Source of the DNA: Mobula hypostoma
Taxonomy: Eukaryota
NCBI RefSeq assembly: GCF_963921235.1
Contig: NC_086118.1
Location: 27,220,001 to 27,284,000 of the forward strand
Length of the DNA: 64,000 nt
Reading direction: 5' to 3'
This document shows positions 34,600-49,059 of the stretch, piece after piece; position 1 is the stretch's first letter, and every line of letters starts with the position of its first letter. The position numbers and the translations under genes are program-made. The notes under the pieces were generated by a model that was not told the DNA's origin, did not search any database, and saw only the letters and a list, made by a program, of their open reading frames with translations.

Positions 34600-37500
34600 T
34601 TACATTAAATGAAAATGTTGAATAAAAGATCTCCAGGTCTGTTCAAATTTAACTGAAGAATCATAAAGATTACTTCTAATTTTCTCCTAATTTAAACATA
34701 GCATCATCTGGGAAAACCAAAAGAACGTAGTTGGAGCATTAATCTCCTTCCAATGTTGTAAAATACATCTTTTCGCCATTAAAGTAAGAAATGCAATCAA
34801 TCTACGGGCTGAAGGGGAAAGATTGCTGGAAATTTTAGGTAATCCAAAGATAGCAGTAATAGGATGGGGAGAAATATCTATATTCAATACCTTTGAAATA
34901 ATATTAAAAATGTCTTTCCAAAAAGTTTCCAAAGTAGGACAAGACCAAAACATATGAGTTAAGGAAGCTATCTCCCCATAACATCTGTCACAAAGAGGGT
35001 TAATATGAGAATAAAAACAAGCTAATTTATCTTTAGACGTATGTGCTCTATGGACAACTTTAAATTGAATTAGGGAGTGTTTAGAACAGATAGAGGAAGT
35101 ATTGACTAGTTGTAAAATATGCGCCCAGCCATCCGTCGAAATAATAAAGCCCAATTCCTTTTCCCAATCTGACCTAATCTTATTGAATGGAGCTTTCCTA
35201 AGTTTCATAATAGTATTATAAATAATAGCCGTTACACCTTTCTGATATGGATTAAGGTTAATTATAGTATCTAAAATATATGTAGGTGGTAACGTTGCAA
35301 AGGAAGAGAGTATAGTACTTAGGAAATTTCTAACTTGGAGATATCTAAAAAAATGTATTCTTGGTAAGTTATATTTGTTAGATAATTGTTCAAAAGACAT
35401 AAGGGAACCATCTAAAAATAAATCCAAAAACCATGAAATACCATTAGTCTTCCAAATTTGAAAGGCACGGTCCGTGGAAGAGGGAGGAAAGAATATGTTG
35501 CCTAAAATAGAAATCGCAAGCCCAAATTGATTAAGATCGAAAAATTTTCGGAATTGAAACCAAATACGTAAGGTACATTTAACTATCGGGTTACAAACCT
35601 GTTTGTGGCATTTCAAATCAAAAGGAAGAGAAGAACCTAAAATGGAGCCAAGTGCATAACCTTGAGCAGATTGTAATTCCAATACTACCCATTTAGGAAT
35701 GGATAGTGTATCTTGATCAAGTAACCAAAATTTCATGTGTCGAATATTAATTGCCCAATAATAGAATGTAAAGTTAGGTAATGCCAAACCTCCATCTCCT
35801 TAGCTTTCTGTAGATGTATTCTACCCAATCTCAGATTTTTATTTTGCCAAATAAATGAAGAAATTTTAGAGTCAACTTTATCAAAAAAGGATTTTGGAAC
35901 AAAAATCTGTAGTGCCTGAAATACATATAAAAATTTTGGCAGAATAAACATCTTAACAGCATTAATACAACCAATCAAAGTTAAATAAAATGGAGACCAT
36001 TTAAATGAAAGTTGAGTAATGTGATCGATTAAGGGTAGGAAATTAGTCTTAAATAAATCTTTATGCTTACAGGTAATTTTAATCCCGATATGAAAAATGA
36101 TTATTAACCAATTTAAATGGAACATTCTGATGTAAGGGAACTTGCTTATTAATTGGGAAAAGTTCACTCTTACTGAGATTTAACTTATAACCTGAAAAAA
36201 GACTAAATTGTGCTAATAAATCTAAAGCAGCAGGGGTAGATTTTTGAGGATTAGAAATATATAAAAGTAAATCATCAGCATAGAGTGATACTTTATGGGA
36301 CTTTAAACCCCAAGTTATCCCAATAATATTTGGAGATTCTCAAATAGCAATTGTAAGAGGTTCTAATGCAATATCAAATAATAAAGGACTAAAAGGACAA
36401 CCTTGTCTGGTACCTCGAAAAAAAAAGGAAAACGGTGAGCTTAAAGAGTTAGTACGGACTGAGGCCATAGGAGAATGATCCAGGATATAAATTTCGGGCT
36501 AAAATTAAACATTTCAAGCACCTTAGATAAGTAAGGCCATTCAACTCTGTCGAAGGCTTTTTCAGCGCCTAAGGAAATGACGCACTCAGGACCATTTTGT
36601 AAGGGGGTATAAGCAATGTTTAACAGTGTGCGAATGTTATAAAAAGAGTAGCTACCTTTAATAAAACCCATTTGGTCTTCCGAAATAATATAAGGAAGTG
36701 CTTTTTCTAATCTGTTTGCTAATAATTTAGAAAAGATTTTAGAGTCAACATTTAATAAGGATATTGGTCTATAAAATGTGCATTGAGCAGGATCTTTATC
36801 TTTCTTTAATATTAAAGAGATCGATGCTCTATAGAAGGATTCCGGAAGTTTACCAAGTTTTAATGAGGCCTCCAGAGCCCTGAATAACCAAGGGATTAAT
36901 GAAGATGCAAAACATTTATAAAATTCTGCGGTAAATCGGTCAGGACTAGGAGCTTTCGCCGGGCTCATAGAGAAAATAACATTCTTAATCTCATCAGTGG
37001 TAAAAGAAGTGTCTAGAATAGAAGATATATCATGTGAAATCTGAGGGAAACCTAGGTTATCTAAAAAGTCATACACATATTTAGAGTCTCGTGGAAACTC
37101 TGATTGATATAAGGAAGAATAAAAATCAAAAAAGGATTGATTAATCTCAGCTTGATCAGATATCAGTTGATCTTTTTGATTATAAATCTGATTAATTTGA
37201 AATTTAGAATAGTTAGTCTTCAACTGATTAGCCAACAGTTTACCACCTTTGTCACTATGTATATAAAAGTCGCTTCTTGTTTTCATTAATTGATTTGCAA
37301 TCGAGGACGAAAGTAATAAACTGTGTTCCATTTGAAGTTCAGTTCTTTGTTTATACAACTTCTCAGAGGGAGCTGTAGCATATATCTTATCAATTTCCTT
37401 AATCTTGTCCACGATAACCAGCTCCTCGTCCTTCAACCTCTTCCTCAAAGCAGCAAAGTACGAGATGATCTGACCACTAATATAAACTTTAAAAGTATCC

Positions 37501-38360
37501 CAAAGGATGTTCATAGAAATATCTTCTGTATAGTTAATTTTTAAAAAGAGATCAATCTGTTCATTCATAAAGATAACAAAATCCGAGTCCTGAAGCAACA
37601 GCAAATTAAAACGCCATTGTCTATTATTTTGTATATTGGCCAGTATTTTAGTAGAAAGCTTAAGTGGAGCATGATCCGAAATGGTTATAGAGTCATATTC
37701 ACATTTAACCACTGAAGAAATAAGACGAGAGTCAATAAAAAAATAATCAATTCTTGAATAGGAACGATGAACGTGTGAAAAAAAAAGAAAAATCTTTTTC
37801 CTGAGGATGCAAAAAACGCCAAATGTCCGTCGACCCGGAATCTGAAAGGAATGAGTTAATCAAGGTTGCAGATTTATTGGGTAAGGTCCGTAAAGGAGCC
37901 GAAAGATTCAAAGATGGAGATAAACAACTATTAAGATCCCCGCCCCAAATTAGAGAAAATTCATTCAAATTTGGGAACAAATTAAATAATGATTTATAAA
38001 ATTCCGGACAGTCCATGTTGGGAGCATAGACATTAACCAAAACTACCTTTTCATTAAAGAGTAAACCACTGACCAATAGAAATCTGCCATTTGGATCAGA
38101 AATAATATCGTGTTGTACAAAAGTGATTGAGGGATCTATAAAAATAGAAACTTCTCGAATCTTAGCGTTGGAATTCGAATGGAAGTGTTGATTCTTCCAG
38201 AATTTGAAAAAACATAATCTGTCCCCCCTCCGCACATGGGTCTCTTGTAAAAATAGAACATGTGCTTTAAGTCTCCGGAATACTTTAAAAACTTTTTCCT
38301 TTTAATTGGATGATTAAGTCCGTTAGTATTCCAAGAGACAAAATTAACAGTAGACTCCAT
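34600..38360 (-). pseudogene. L1 ORF2 (APE endonuclease, RT, C-terminal CCHC), disrupted
   Basis: SWNTNGL, GGDLN, SDHAP, RPISLLN, AEKAFD, LYADD (~36272-36285) and CDRC..HMFWSC, spread over several frames. Confidence 0.92.
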
Positions 38361-39074
38361 AAACCCTAAAGTCAACCTGCAAAAAAAGGAGGATTGACAA
38401 GAGGTTCGACCCACGCACCCGGAAAGGGAACAGAACAAACGAGATAATGGGAAGGAGGACGCGACCAATACTTCAGTAATGTAAGTAGCCCAAGAAAAAA
38501 AAACTAAAAAGTGAAGCCCCTCCCACCGCCCCCCCCATAGCCCCAAAGCTAAACCTAAGATAGACCAGCCAGAAAGAAGCAAGCACTAGAACTACCCCCA
38601 TGACTTCCGATAGACGCTCACTAAAAAAAAGTGTATATATAAGAGGATCAGCTAAAGTTATAAAACAGTAGAGAAATAAAAAAAAGTACACCGATTAAAG
38701 CAAACCCGATATAATAAAAAATAAAAAAACAGGTAGATATAAAGAAAACCGTTAACCAATAACAGACCGTATAGTTAAACAAGAAACTGAGACAATTAGC
38801 ATAGACTAGCAAGGAAAACTACAAAAAGTACGTTTGAAAACGACAAAGTTTAAGGCCTCAAAGGAAATACGTAAAATGATGCAGAGGAAATAACCACCCA
38901 GAATCCTAAGGGAAAAAGAAAGGAATGACGCAGTTAGAAAAAAAAGTTTGGCAACCATGTTAATTAAACCAAAAAAAAACTTTTCTGCCCTCATTTTAAG
39001 TGAAAAAATAAAAAAAAATTAAACCAAACAGATTAACTGCCTCCGAACAAACAGAGATGATTTAATAATTGCGA

Positions 39075-39911
39075 TTAAGATGTTGAAGGCGAAAATTGAT
39101 CCAGGTAACTCTGGGCTTCAGATGGAGAGTCGAAAAAACAGGAAGACCCATCAGGCGATCGAATCTTCAAACGTGCAGCATAAAGCAACACTGGTTTTAA
39201 ATCCATCTTATAGAGTTCCGACATCACAGATCTGTAACGGACACGCTGATCCTGAACCTGCTTACTAAAATCCTCCACCAGGCGAAACCGAAGCTCCGAG
39301 TAATCAGTGTAACCTTTAGGTCGAGCGAATCGAAGTAATTTCTCCTTGTCTTGAAAATAATGAAATCGTAAAATAACATGCCGAGGTTTATCTGACTTAG
39401 ACAAATATAATGGGACTCTGTGAGCCCGATCCAATAGTGGTGGTTGATCAGGAAGTACGGTAGGAAATGAATCTTTTAAAAGTTGAGAAAAAAACTTTAT
39501 AGGGTCATCAGATTCAGCAGCTTCACGAATACCAATAATTCGAATATTCTGTCATTACATTCTGCATTCTAAGTCAGAGTTTTTAAAAGTCAGAAAGTCA
39601 AGTTTTTTCTTCATTACAGTAATTGTTTCTTCAATTTTCCCCATCTTGAGTTTATTTTGTTGCGTAAATTTTTGAAGATTAGAGATAGCAGTCTGATGTT
39701 CCGTGATAGATGTTTCCATTTTATCAATTTCATTGATAATTTTCTGCAGTTTAGTTGAAATTTACACACGGATCAGATCCGTTATAGTAGTTGAAATTTC
39801 CGTATGAATCAGATCCGATATAGCTTTCAAAGTTAACGGTGGTTCAATCGGAGGAGGGTCGGTAACTTTCGGTCTAACCAGAGGTTTGCCGTCTTTCCCG
39901 TTCTTAGACAT
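39075..39911 (-). pseudogene. L1 ORF1 (coiled coil/RRM), disrupted
   Basis: MSKNGKDGK start; DRAHRV..PRHVILRFHYFQDKE..EDFS..LYAARLKI; internal stops/frameshift. Confidence 0.85.
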
Positions 39912-40802
39912 AGCAGACCTTAAAAGCATCCAAATATCAAAAAACACAATCTGTTGCAAGGTATTATAAAAATCGGTGCCTTAATGGTTAGCTTAAATGT
40001 AGCTGATCATAGGAAAAAACTCAGAGGTAATGGAGCGAGTCAAGAGCATGACTTCACTCCATGAGCTCTACCGGAAGTCCCCACTTTCAATGAAGCATCT
40101 AGTTTTACCTCTTTGTATTGGAGTAGAACAATTGGCAGGGAGGGTCATTGTCATGTAGTAAATGTCAAAGGTTGTGCAGGGCAGGAGGAGGTGCTCTGTT
40201 CCTGATGTTTCAAAATTGTATTGATGTTCTATTGATGTTACGGCATTCTGAGGTGCTTGAGATAATGGTATTCTGTTTAGTAGCAAAGAACATGGTGGCC
40301 GTTTAGTTCATCCATAAAAGCAGCAGTTTGGATGAAGGCAGGAATATAAAGTAAGCACTTCAGGGGCATTTTAATTCTACCACCACCTGTTACCTTTCAG
40401 TGATGCATAAAAATATTGTATTTTTGTTGTGCCTTTGCGAATAAAACTAATATCATTGCAAAGGTGCTGGATACTGAAGATGCTTAATCTTAAGCAGAGT
40501 CCTTCAGTTTGGGTAATGAAGTGAGAATCATCAAACGATGGCTTGATTTTGTTTTCTATTTGGCTTTTATGAAAACTGCATGCTTAAGAAAATGAAAACA
40601 TTATCCTAATTTTCTTAAGTCAGGTTAACAGATATGTGCTAAAATATGGTGAATCTGTCCCTAATAACAAGGCATATGAAAAGAGCTCATGCTAGGTGAG
40701 TATTGTGTGTTGCTACTGAATGCTATAAACACAAAAAGTTCATCCACCCAGTTAATGCTGCAAAAAGCACTGAAAAGCTTTATCTTTACCATTCCTTTTA
40801 TT

Positions 40803-41355
40803 AAAGTTCAAAGTTCAAAATATATTTATTATCAAAATGTATATATGTCACTATATACAACCCTGCATACTTTAGGGCATACTCAATAAATCTATAACAG
40901 AATAACAATTATGATAGAATAGAAAGACTGCAACAAGTTGAGTGTTCAACCGGTGTGCAAGACACCAAACCGTACAAATACAAAAAGAAAGAAATAATAA
41001 TAATAAATAAATAAATAAGGAATAAGTATAGAGAACATGACATGAAAAGTACTTGAAAGAAATCCATAGGTTGTGGGAACATTTCAATGATGGGGCAAGT
41101 GAAGTTGAGTGAACTTATCCCCTTTGGTTCACGAACCTCATCGTTGAGGGGTAATAACTGTTCCTAAACCTGGTGACGTGAGTCCGTAGGGTCCTTTACC
41201 TTCTTCCTGACGGCAGCAGCAAGGAGAGGGCATGACATGGGTGGTGGGGGTCCCTGATGATGGATGCTGCTTTCCTGTGACAACACTCTGTGTAGATGTG
41301 CTCAATCGGAAGGGCTTTATCCGTGACGGACGGGGCCACATCCACTACTTTTGTA
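40803..41355 (-). mobile_element. Rex1/L2-like LINE 3' end
   Basis: (AAGTTC)n tail and a TRFRNSYYPST-like C-terminus; homologous to 22452-22860. Confidence 0.75.
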
Positions 41356-42094
41356 TGTGGCTTTTTTTTTTGTTTTGGTCTTAAATCCTCTCATTTACAA
41401 AACCATGCTTTCCATATACTCGCTTAACCATTTTTGTGGCTTTTCCTAACTTTTTCGTATCTTCATATAAATGTAGTTCAAGACTTTTTGCTTTTAATGG
41501 AAATACCACCACTGAAGTCACAATTCACTACCATATTGTGTCTTTCAAAAATATACCAAATGAAGTTACATTTGCTACACGACTGTCAGCTTCCTAAGTC
41601 TATATCCTCTTTATTATTTATTTACTCATCATTTAGCTCAGTTCAAAACCAGTAGATTTACTGTGATGCCTCTTATGATGAGCTAATGATTTTACGCCAA
41701 GCAATAATTCCAGGCTGATGGCAGCTTCTTAGAGGAACGGTAAGTTTTTCACATTCTCCATGTTGGATTTCTCCATTGGACCTTTCTGTCAGTGAGTGAG
41801 AGGTAAGTGTGCAAATGTTCACACATGACAGATTGTCATGCTCATGGTTAGCAAAGTCAACTTACTCTGTAAACAGTCTGTATAAGGAGTGGAAAATACT
41901 GTAGATATGCCAGAAATTGTGGCAACTTCTTCCAATTAAAGCAAGGTAATTTTTAAAGAAAATGTAATGTGGAGGGTGGCTTCATAAAAGTTTTGTTCAT
42001 ATAATCAATCTGACACTTACAGCAGTGCAGTTACATAAAATGATTGATAGTGGAATTAATTAACCTGTTTGTTAGTAACATTGTTATTGTTGAT

Positions 42095-42476
42095 GGAGCT
42101 CGTCAGCCTGGGAAGGCAGTCCATCTAAGAGAGGGAAAACTTTGATTTAAAACCTCTGCTGCCTTGCGGCCGTACCCACTTATGGGAAAGACTTCGGGAG
42201 TAAACCCTAAGGACAAATCTGGAGCTGGAGTCCCCAAGGCAGTCCGACGTTGCTTTCAACCTCGCTCTGGCAACTCCTGCAGCGTTACTGGTGCCAAGTT
42301 GTATTGGCCCTTGCCCTTCCCTTGGACAACATCGGTGGTGTGGAGAGGGGAGACTTGCTGCATGGGCAACTGCCAGTCTTCCATACAACCTTGCCCAGGC
42401 CTGCGCCCTGGAGAGACTGAAGCAAAGCTTTCAAGGCGCAGATCCATGGTCTCATGAGACTAACGGATGCAATCCA
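42095..42476 (+). mobile_element. RTE-derived non-autonomous retroposon
   Basis: 10-bp TSD TATTGTTGAT (42085-42094, 42477-42486); RTE-5'-UTR-like GGCAGTCCATCTAAGAGAGGGAAAACT. Confidence 0.75.
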
Positions 42477-44749
42477 TATTGTTGATATCTTTGCTCTGGG
42501 TGGGGAGTGAATATTATGACTGCTTCTGGGAAGTCTTTTGCATCGCAGTATTGGAATGGACTACTAGAGACATAGTGATTCATATTTTCTATGTACTCTG
42601 CTTGACATTTCAAACTGCAGTGATGTGGTTTGTTTCTGAAGCAACTTAATTTAATTGTTTATCAAATGTTTGAATCTAATTCTGTTTTCTAGAAGATGTA
42701 AGTATTCTTGCTGGTTGGAAAATGGTATGTGAAGCCACAAGAAAGGATAAACTTTCTATTATCTAAAATTTTTGAAAGTTAACATCACATGAAAATCTAT
42801 GCATGCTGTTTCAATGATGTAATTTGAACTTAATGCTAACACCAACTGCATGTTATTTAAAGGAGGCCACACTTGCCTTTTAAAACACATTATAACGCTT
42901 GATAATTAGGCTCAGTGTTTCCAAGTGCACTAATTATCTGTGACACTAGTTTTGAGCAATTTTTTAGAAAATAATTGAACTGACTATTGTGTCAAAGTGC
43001 ACAAAATCACATGCTAATTATTTTTAACATTGTCCAGTCTTTTGCTCTTTTCAGTATAATAGAACACAAGTATCTATTGAACCTCACTGACTTTGCAGTA
43101 AAACACCAGAAGAATATGATTTGGCTGCTTCTATGGATCAACTCAAAAATACATTATTAGGGCTAGCGTTCTCCATTATGAGCTTCTGGTCTCTATCAGC
43201 TCGCTGAATCCCTTATAAATTGAAATCTACAAATTTCTTCTCTATTAAGTAGTTTATTTGTTATGCCTGCCAAATTCTTCCATCAATTATACATCTAAAA
43301 ATAAGCCCAGAATTGTGTGTACAGATTGTACTATTTGTCCAGAGTGATTTGAAGCTGAAGTAATGTATTGAAGCAGAAAACAAAACAAAGCAAGATAAAA
43401 AAACAGCATATATATATAAAAAAAAAGGATAATGCTGACGTACCCAGCAGTGTCAGTAAAGAATGCAGCATCTGTAGTTTGAGACCAGGTTTGACTCACT
43501 GGAGCTGCTGCTTGACCTGATAAGCACTTACAGATTTTCCCTTTCAAGTGTCGAGAGCCTGCAGATTTTCTTTTGTTAAAAGACAACAAAAGTAGATTTA
43601 ACTCTTGAGGGATTAATGCACTGTTTTTTTTTGGAGTAGCTCCACATTGACAACAAAATCTATCTAGGAAGCATGTGTGCCGACACCTGTGACTGGGCTA
43701 AGGAACATGTTGACAGTGCCACCAGAGTGAGAGAGTGCATTTTCGTCGTGCGTTCCACATCTACGGGCACCCAGTTTGGGAGGGGGCGGGTCGTGAGGAG
43801 GATCTCCTGGGCCTGGCCAAAATGACCATTCATGGTTCGAGGCGGTGGAAAGTGGAGGGCGCTGCCGGGGCCGACTGCCTGCCCCCTTTTCCGAGGATAA
43901 GGGAGCACACAGACGTAATGGGCACACTGGGAGACTTCTGAGAACAGTGACCCCCCCCCCAAAGGGTATTGACTGTCTAATAGATGGCAGTAAGCATATT
44001 TTAATCTGAGTGTACTCACTTTTTTGTATATACTGAATGCTTGTACCTTGTATATTTGTTACATAGATAATCGTTTATAGTTTTGTTTAAATAAAAGGGA
44101 GTACCTGGTTTATACTGGGATTGTCCTGAGTGCCTAGCAGGAACTGGGAGCATGGAGAGAGAGTACCTGCACAAACACTGGGGCAGTGCTGAGGGAGCAT
44201 TCAGCCGGGCAGTGGGGCCCATGCTGAAGGAGCACCTGGCCAGACACTGGGAAACTGAGAGGGCATCTGAGCTGAGGAGAAAAAGAAACTCTGCTGAGGG
44301 AGCATCTATGCCAACAATGGGACTGTGCCTGGAGAGTGCCCAGGCCAATCAAAAGATCATTCAGATCGACAATGGGACTGAACCGAAGGAGCACAAAGGC
44401 TGACAACAGGGTCATGGTGAGGGATCTTCTGGCTAGACACCTGGACTGTGCCGAGGCAGCATCTGAAATGACACAGGGACTATACTGAAGTGAATGCTGA
44501 GGCAGACAGCTGGAGTTCCAAGGGTGAGCTTGCATGTCCTCTGAGTGGCTTTGCATTATATACTATTTCCTCTTGCCAGCTGATTGGCATCCATTAGGTT
44601 AGATTTCCTTTCTCCTTTCATACTAATGTTCATGTGGAAACATACTCACCTGCAGCACCCCCCCACCTTCCCTAAGGATGTGAAGAAAGAGTAAATGCAG
44701 TACTACTTACTGATTAGGCTAACTGCTGAAATTTATCAGTAACAAATGT

Positions 44750-47020
44750 GGGACAAGTAACTTTGAAAATGATTACAGTATCTTGAGGAGTTATTGTACA
44801 TTTATGAAAGGAAAATCATGTTTGGCAAATTTAAGTTTTTTGACATCGTAAACAGCAGAACGGATAAAGACAGACAAGTGGATGTAATATGTGTGGACAT
44901 TCAGAAGGTCTTTGTTAATATAGAACATATAGAATAGTACAGCACATTACAGGCCCTTCGGCCCACAATGTTGTGCCGACCCTCAAACCCTGCCTCCCAT
45001 ATAACGCCCCACCTTAAATTCCTCCATATGTTATTAAGGTTATTGATAAAAATTAGAACACAAGATTGAGGAAAGCTTACTGATGTAGACTAAGAATTAG
45101 TTAGTGGGCAGAATCTGAGAATAGGAATGACTTTTGGAAATGTGAAGCTGTGATCAGTAGAAGTTGTGATGAAAGGACATTTTACTTATTTCTGCAGGCT
45201 TTGTCCTACTTGAGTATTTCTGTTTTAATTGTATTAATGGTGAGAATTACTAAGTGTTGGTGTTCAGAAGGAGCTGGGTGTTCAAGTATGAGCAGATGCA
45301 GCAAAGAATGCGTTTGGCAAACAGTATGTTTGCTCTTATTACAAGAGGTTTTGCTCACAAGAATAAAGCTGTGGCGCTCTGGTGAGACCACATCTAAAAT
45401 ATATCTGGTTTCCCCTAGCTAAGGAAGGATTTACTTGCATTAGCAAGAGTTCAGGAAAGTTCATTATATTTATTTATTTCTTGATGTGCTTTTGTGTGAA
45501 GAGAGTTTAAGCAAACAGGATCTAGTCTCTCTTGGGCTTAGATGAATGAAAGCATATCATATTGATTAGTACAAAAAATAGAGCTGATGTTTCCCCTGAA
45601 TGGGGTTACTAGATTTAAGAGAAAACAGGATAGAAATTATAGGAAATTTCCTTACTTGGAGCACTGTGAGGGTCATGTTTTTTGACTTCTGCAGTGCGTT
45701 CAACACCATCCGCCCTGCTCTGCTGGGGGAGAAGCTGACAGCGATGCAGGTGGATGCTTTCCTGGTATCATGGATTCTTGATTACCTGACTGGCGGACCA
45801 CAGTACGTGTGCTTGCAACACTGTGTGTCCGACAGAGTGATCAGCAGCACTGGGGCTCCACAGGGGATTGTCTTGTCTCCCTTTCTGTTCACCATTTACA
45901 TCTCGGACTTCAACTACTGCACAGAATCTTGTCACCTTCAGAAGTTTTCGGATGACTCTGCCATAGCTGGATGCATCAGCAAGGGAGATGAGGCCCAGTA
46001 CAGGGCTGCGGTAGGAAACTTTGTCACATGGTGTGAGCAGAATTATCTGCTGCTTAATGTGAAAAAGACTAAGGAGCTGGTGGTAGACCTGAGGAGAGCT
46101 AAGGTACCGGTGACCCCTGTTTCCATCCAGGGTGTCAGTGTGGACATGGTGGAGGATTACAGATACCTGGGGATACGAATTGACAATAAACTGGACTGGT
46201 CAAAGAACACTGAGGCTGTCTACAAGAAGGGTCAGAGCCGTCTCTATTTCCTGAGGAGACTGAGGTCCTTTAACATCTGCCGGACGATGCTGAGGACGTT
46301 CTACGAGTCTGTGGTGGCCAGTGCTATCATGTTTGCTGTTGTGTACTGGGGCAGCAGGCTGAGGGTAACAGACACCAACAGAATCAACAATCTCATCCGT
46401 AAGGCCAGTGATGTTGTGGGGATGGAACTGGACTCTCTCACGGTGGTGTCTGAAAACAGGATGCTGTCTAAGTTGCACGCCATCTTGGTCAATGTTTCCC
46501 ATCCACTACATAATGTACTGGGTGGGCACAGGAGTACATTCAGCCAGAGACTCATTCCACCGAGATGCAACACAGAGCATCATAGGAAGTCATCCCTGCC
46601 TGTGGCCATCAAACTTTACTGCTCCTCCCTTGGAGGGTCAGACATCCTGAGCCAATAGGCTGGTCCTGGACTTATTTCATGATTTGCTGGCATAATTTAC
46701 ATATTACTATTTAACTATTATGGTTCTATTACTATTTATTATTTATGGTGCAACTGTAATGAAAACTAATTTCCCCCGGGATCAATAAAGTATGACTATG
46801 ACTATGACTATGACTATGATGAATCTTTAGAATTCCTTACCTAGGAGAGATGTGGAAATCTTGTCACTGATTGTATTCAAGTCAAATTTTAGGATGTTAA
46901 GGCAGTCAAGAAAGGTATGGATTGTATGGGAATGTGGGATTGAGTTTAAAGATCGGCTGTAATATTACTGAATGTTGGACCAGGCATGATTGGCCTAGCT
47001 TCTTTGTCTCACATCCTTGT
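44750..47020 (+). mobile_element. Highly decayed CR1 with nested inserts (minus-strand CR1 tail at 44918-45030; Rex1 at 45655-46819)
   Basis: Residual similarity to the other CR1 copies (GKSCL, DIQKVF, ORF2 3' region). Confidence 0.55.
45655..46819 (+). mobile_element. 5'-truncated young Rex1/Babar LINE with an uninterrupted RT C-terminal frame
   Basis: ORF to 46658 with FFDFCSAFNTI, GAPQGIVLSPFLF and KFSDD; AATAAA plus (CTATGA)n tail. Confidence 0.95.
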
Positions 47021-48679
47021 GTTCCAATGTAAATCCACTGAGAAGGTTTCCTAGAATGTTCACACTCTGTTTCTGATTTCTGCACTGCAACCCTCCTCAT
47101 TGCAATTTCTTCTATCTCTGTACCATGTCCAACTGAGTTGGACTATTGTTGGTTCACAATCAGCATTTCATAAGCAAGGTTCAAGCAAACACTGAGCAAA
47201 CTTACATATTTTATCTAGCACAGCACGCCTCCCTTTTCTGTTTGCTTTACGTCCTATTTTCTATTGCTCTTACTTCTTTTTAATGCATTCTGTCATGACT
47301 TCTTTTTTGAATTAGACATTGTGCATTTTCATTAGGAATTAAAGTTAACCAATACAATCTATTGAAGTTGCATGTGTGAATTTTAAATGCAGTGAGTTAA
47401 GTGCAGGTTCTTGGGAAACTTGTGACCAGAGCAAAGTAAGGCCAAAGAAAAAAAATCCATTCCCATGATGCAAAAGCTATCTTAAATCCCTGTACAGTAT
47501 TTATTATCTTCTTTGAGCTAATTGTTTTTAACCACTTAAGATTAGTAGTGTTTGAAGAGAATAATAATATGAATAATGAATTAATAAATACATGTCAAAA
47601 TCTATTTGTAATTTTGGCATTTTCCCAAAAAAACACTGTGCGGGTCTTTTAAAATAGTTTGCTTCCAGCTGTTTATAGAACATAAAATAAAAATGAATTA
47701 AGTAGTCATATTTCAAACAAACGCACTGCATTCCTGAAGGAACTGAATACAAAGGCAATGTTAGAAGAACTGATTTACTGAGATTCACAAGGGACAGAGA
47801 AGGATATGCACAATCATGGTAATCTTGGAGGAGATTTATGTATTCCGAGCAGTGCTACTGCTCACAAACATAGCACTTCTTTTTCTGTTTATCTCCATTA
47901 AAATGTGCAGCCACTCTTCCAAAAGAGTAAAGTCAAATGCGTGGCAAGTGGATCTCAAATGATGTGACAGCTTGCCACCACTTACTTACTTTTATAATGA
48001 TGACAAGGGAACCATAATGATGAAGAATGTTCAGCCAGCAGCTTTATGGGGTCTTATAAAAATATCTCTTGTACAGGTATTTAACTTGCGCACAAGAAAA
48101 TAGCACTTTAGGAACATGGCCACTAAATTAATTTTCAAAAAATACTCGTCTGATAAAAGACATTTTTAAAGTTATTTTAACAATTTGGAATAGAGTCTTG
48201 TTTTAATTGTATAGACAAAAGTGTGTGCATTTTGATTTGAACATTTCTTTGTGAAAATGGAAAAAGACAATTAGTAACTTGTGATGAACCTTCCTGTTAG
48301 ATTGTTTGAGGAAACTAATTTTTTATTCTTTCTTGTTCCTTTCCAATATTTGTATATTTGCATATTTTTCATTTGTAATGCTACTGTGACATTGTAATTT
48401 CCTTTGGAATCAATGAAGTATCGATCTATCTGTCTATCTTGAAGCTCTCCCGTTGAAGACTTCCTCCATGGTGGGGTGGTTTGTGTGCGATGGAGCCGGT
48501 TGAGTCTACAGCATTTTGCAGCCTTTCTCTATCCTTTGCCTTGGAGCCTCATAACAAGTGGTGATACGACCTGTCAGAATGCACTCCACAGAACATCTGT
48601 AGATATTTGGTAATGTCTTTAGTGACTTACCAAATCTCCTTAAAACCCTAATGAAGCCAGTCGTGTGCTGCGCATGATC

Positions 48680-49041
48680 TATAAAAACATGCAGACATGG
48701 TCAAGAGGTTCAGTCGTTTTTCAGACCAAATGTCAGAATTGGGAGGGAATGTGCTCTATGTGATTTTGACCATAGAATAATTGTTGGTGCCAGTCAGGGT
48801 GGTTTAAGTATCTCAAAAACTGCTGATCTTTTGGAATTTGCATGCATAGCAATCTCTAGAATTTACAGAGAATGCTGTGAGGAACAAAAAAAAAAATCCA
48901 GTGAACTGCAGTCCTGTAGGTGAAAACGGTGTGTAGAAGAGCATCTTAGAACTCACAATACATCAAACCTTTAAGTAGATGGGCTGCAGCAGCAGAAGAT
49001 CATGAGCATCCTGTACCTAACAAAATGGCAAAAAAGGGTAT
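48680..49041 (+). mobile_element. Tc1-like transposon remnant
   Basis: Transposase N-terminal HTH remnant (DFD..IIVGASQGGLSISKTADLLEF..ISRIYRE) and a degenerate terminal repeat ending in TA. Confidence 0.75.
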
Positions 49042-49059
49042 GATGGAGTAGTCTCCAGC

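Larger units (their letters stand above)
34207..40081 (-). mobile_element. Full-length decayed L1-clade LINE
   Basis: 5' end GGGGACTTCCGGT; ORF1 and ORF2 remnants; A-rich tail; 7-bp TSD CACTTTC (34200-34206, 40082-40088). Confidence 0.95.

Noticed and set aside
41640..41950. Cluster of GTAAGT donor-like sites
   Set aside because: No stop-free frame from a plausible acceptor; such hexamers are expected by chance.
42095..42476. Second HDV-like ribozyme in the other RTE-derived insert
   Set aside because: Could not assign P1/P2/P3 by eye; the copy may be 5'-truncated.
45600..46658. Intact 352-aa host gene
   Set aside because: It is a 5'-truncated Rex1 RT frame fortuitously extended by flanking CR1 sequence.
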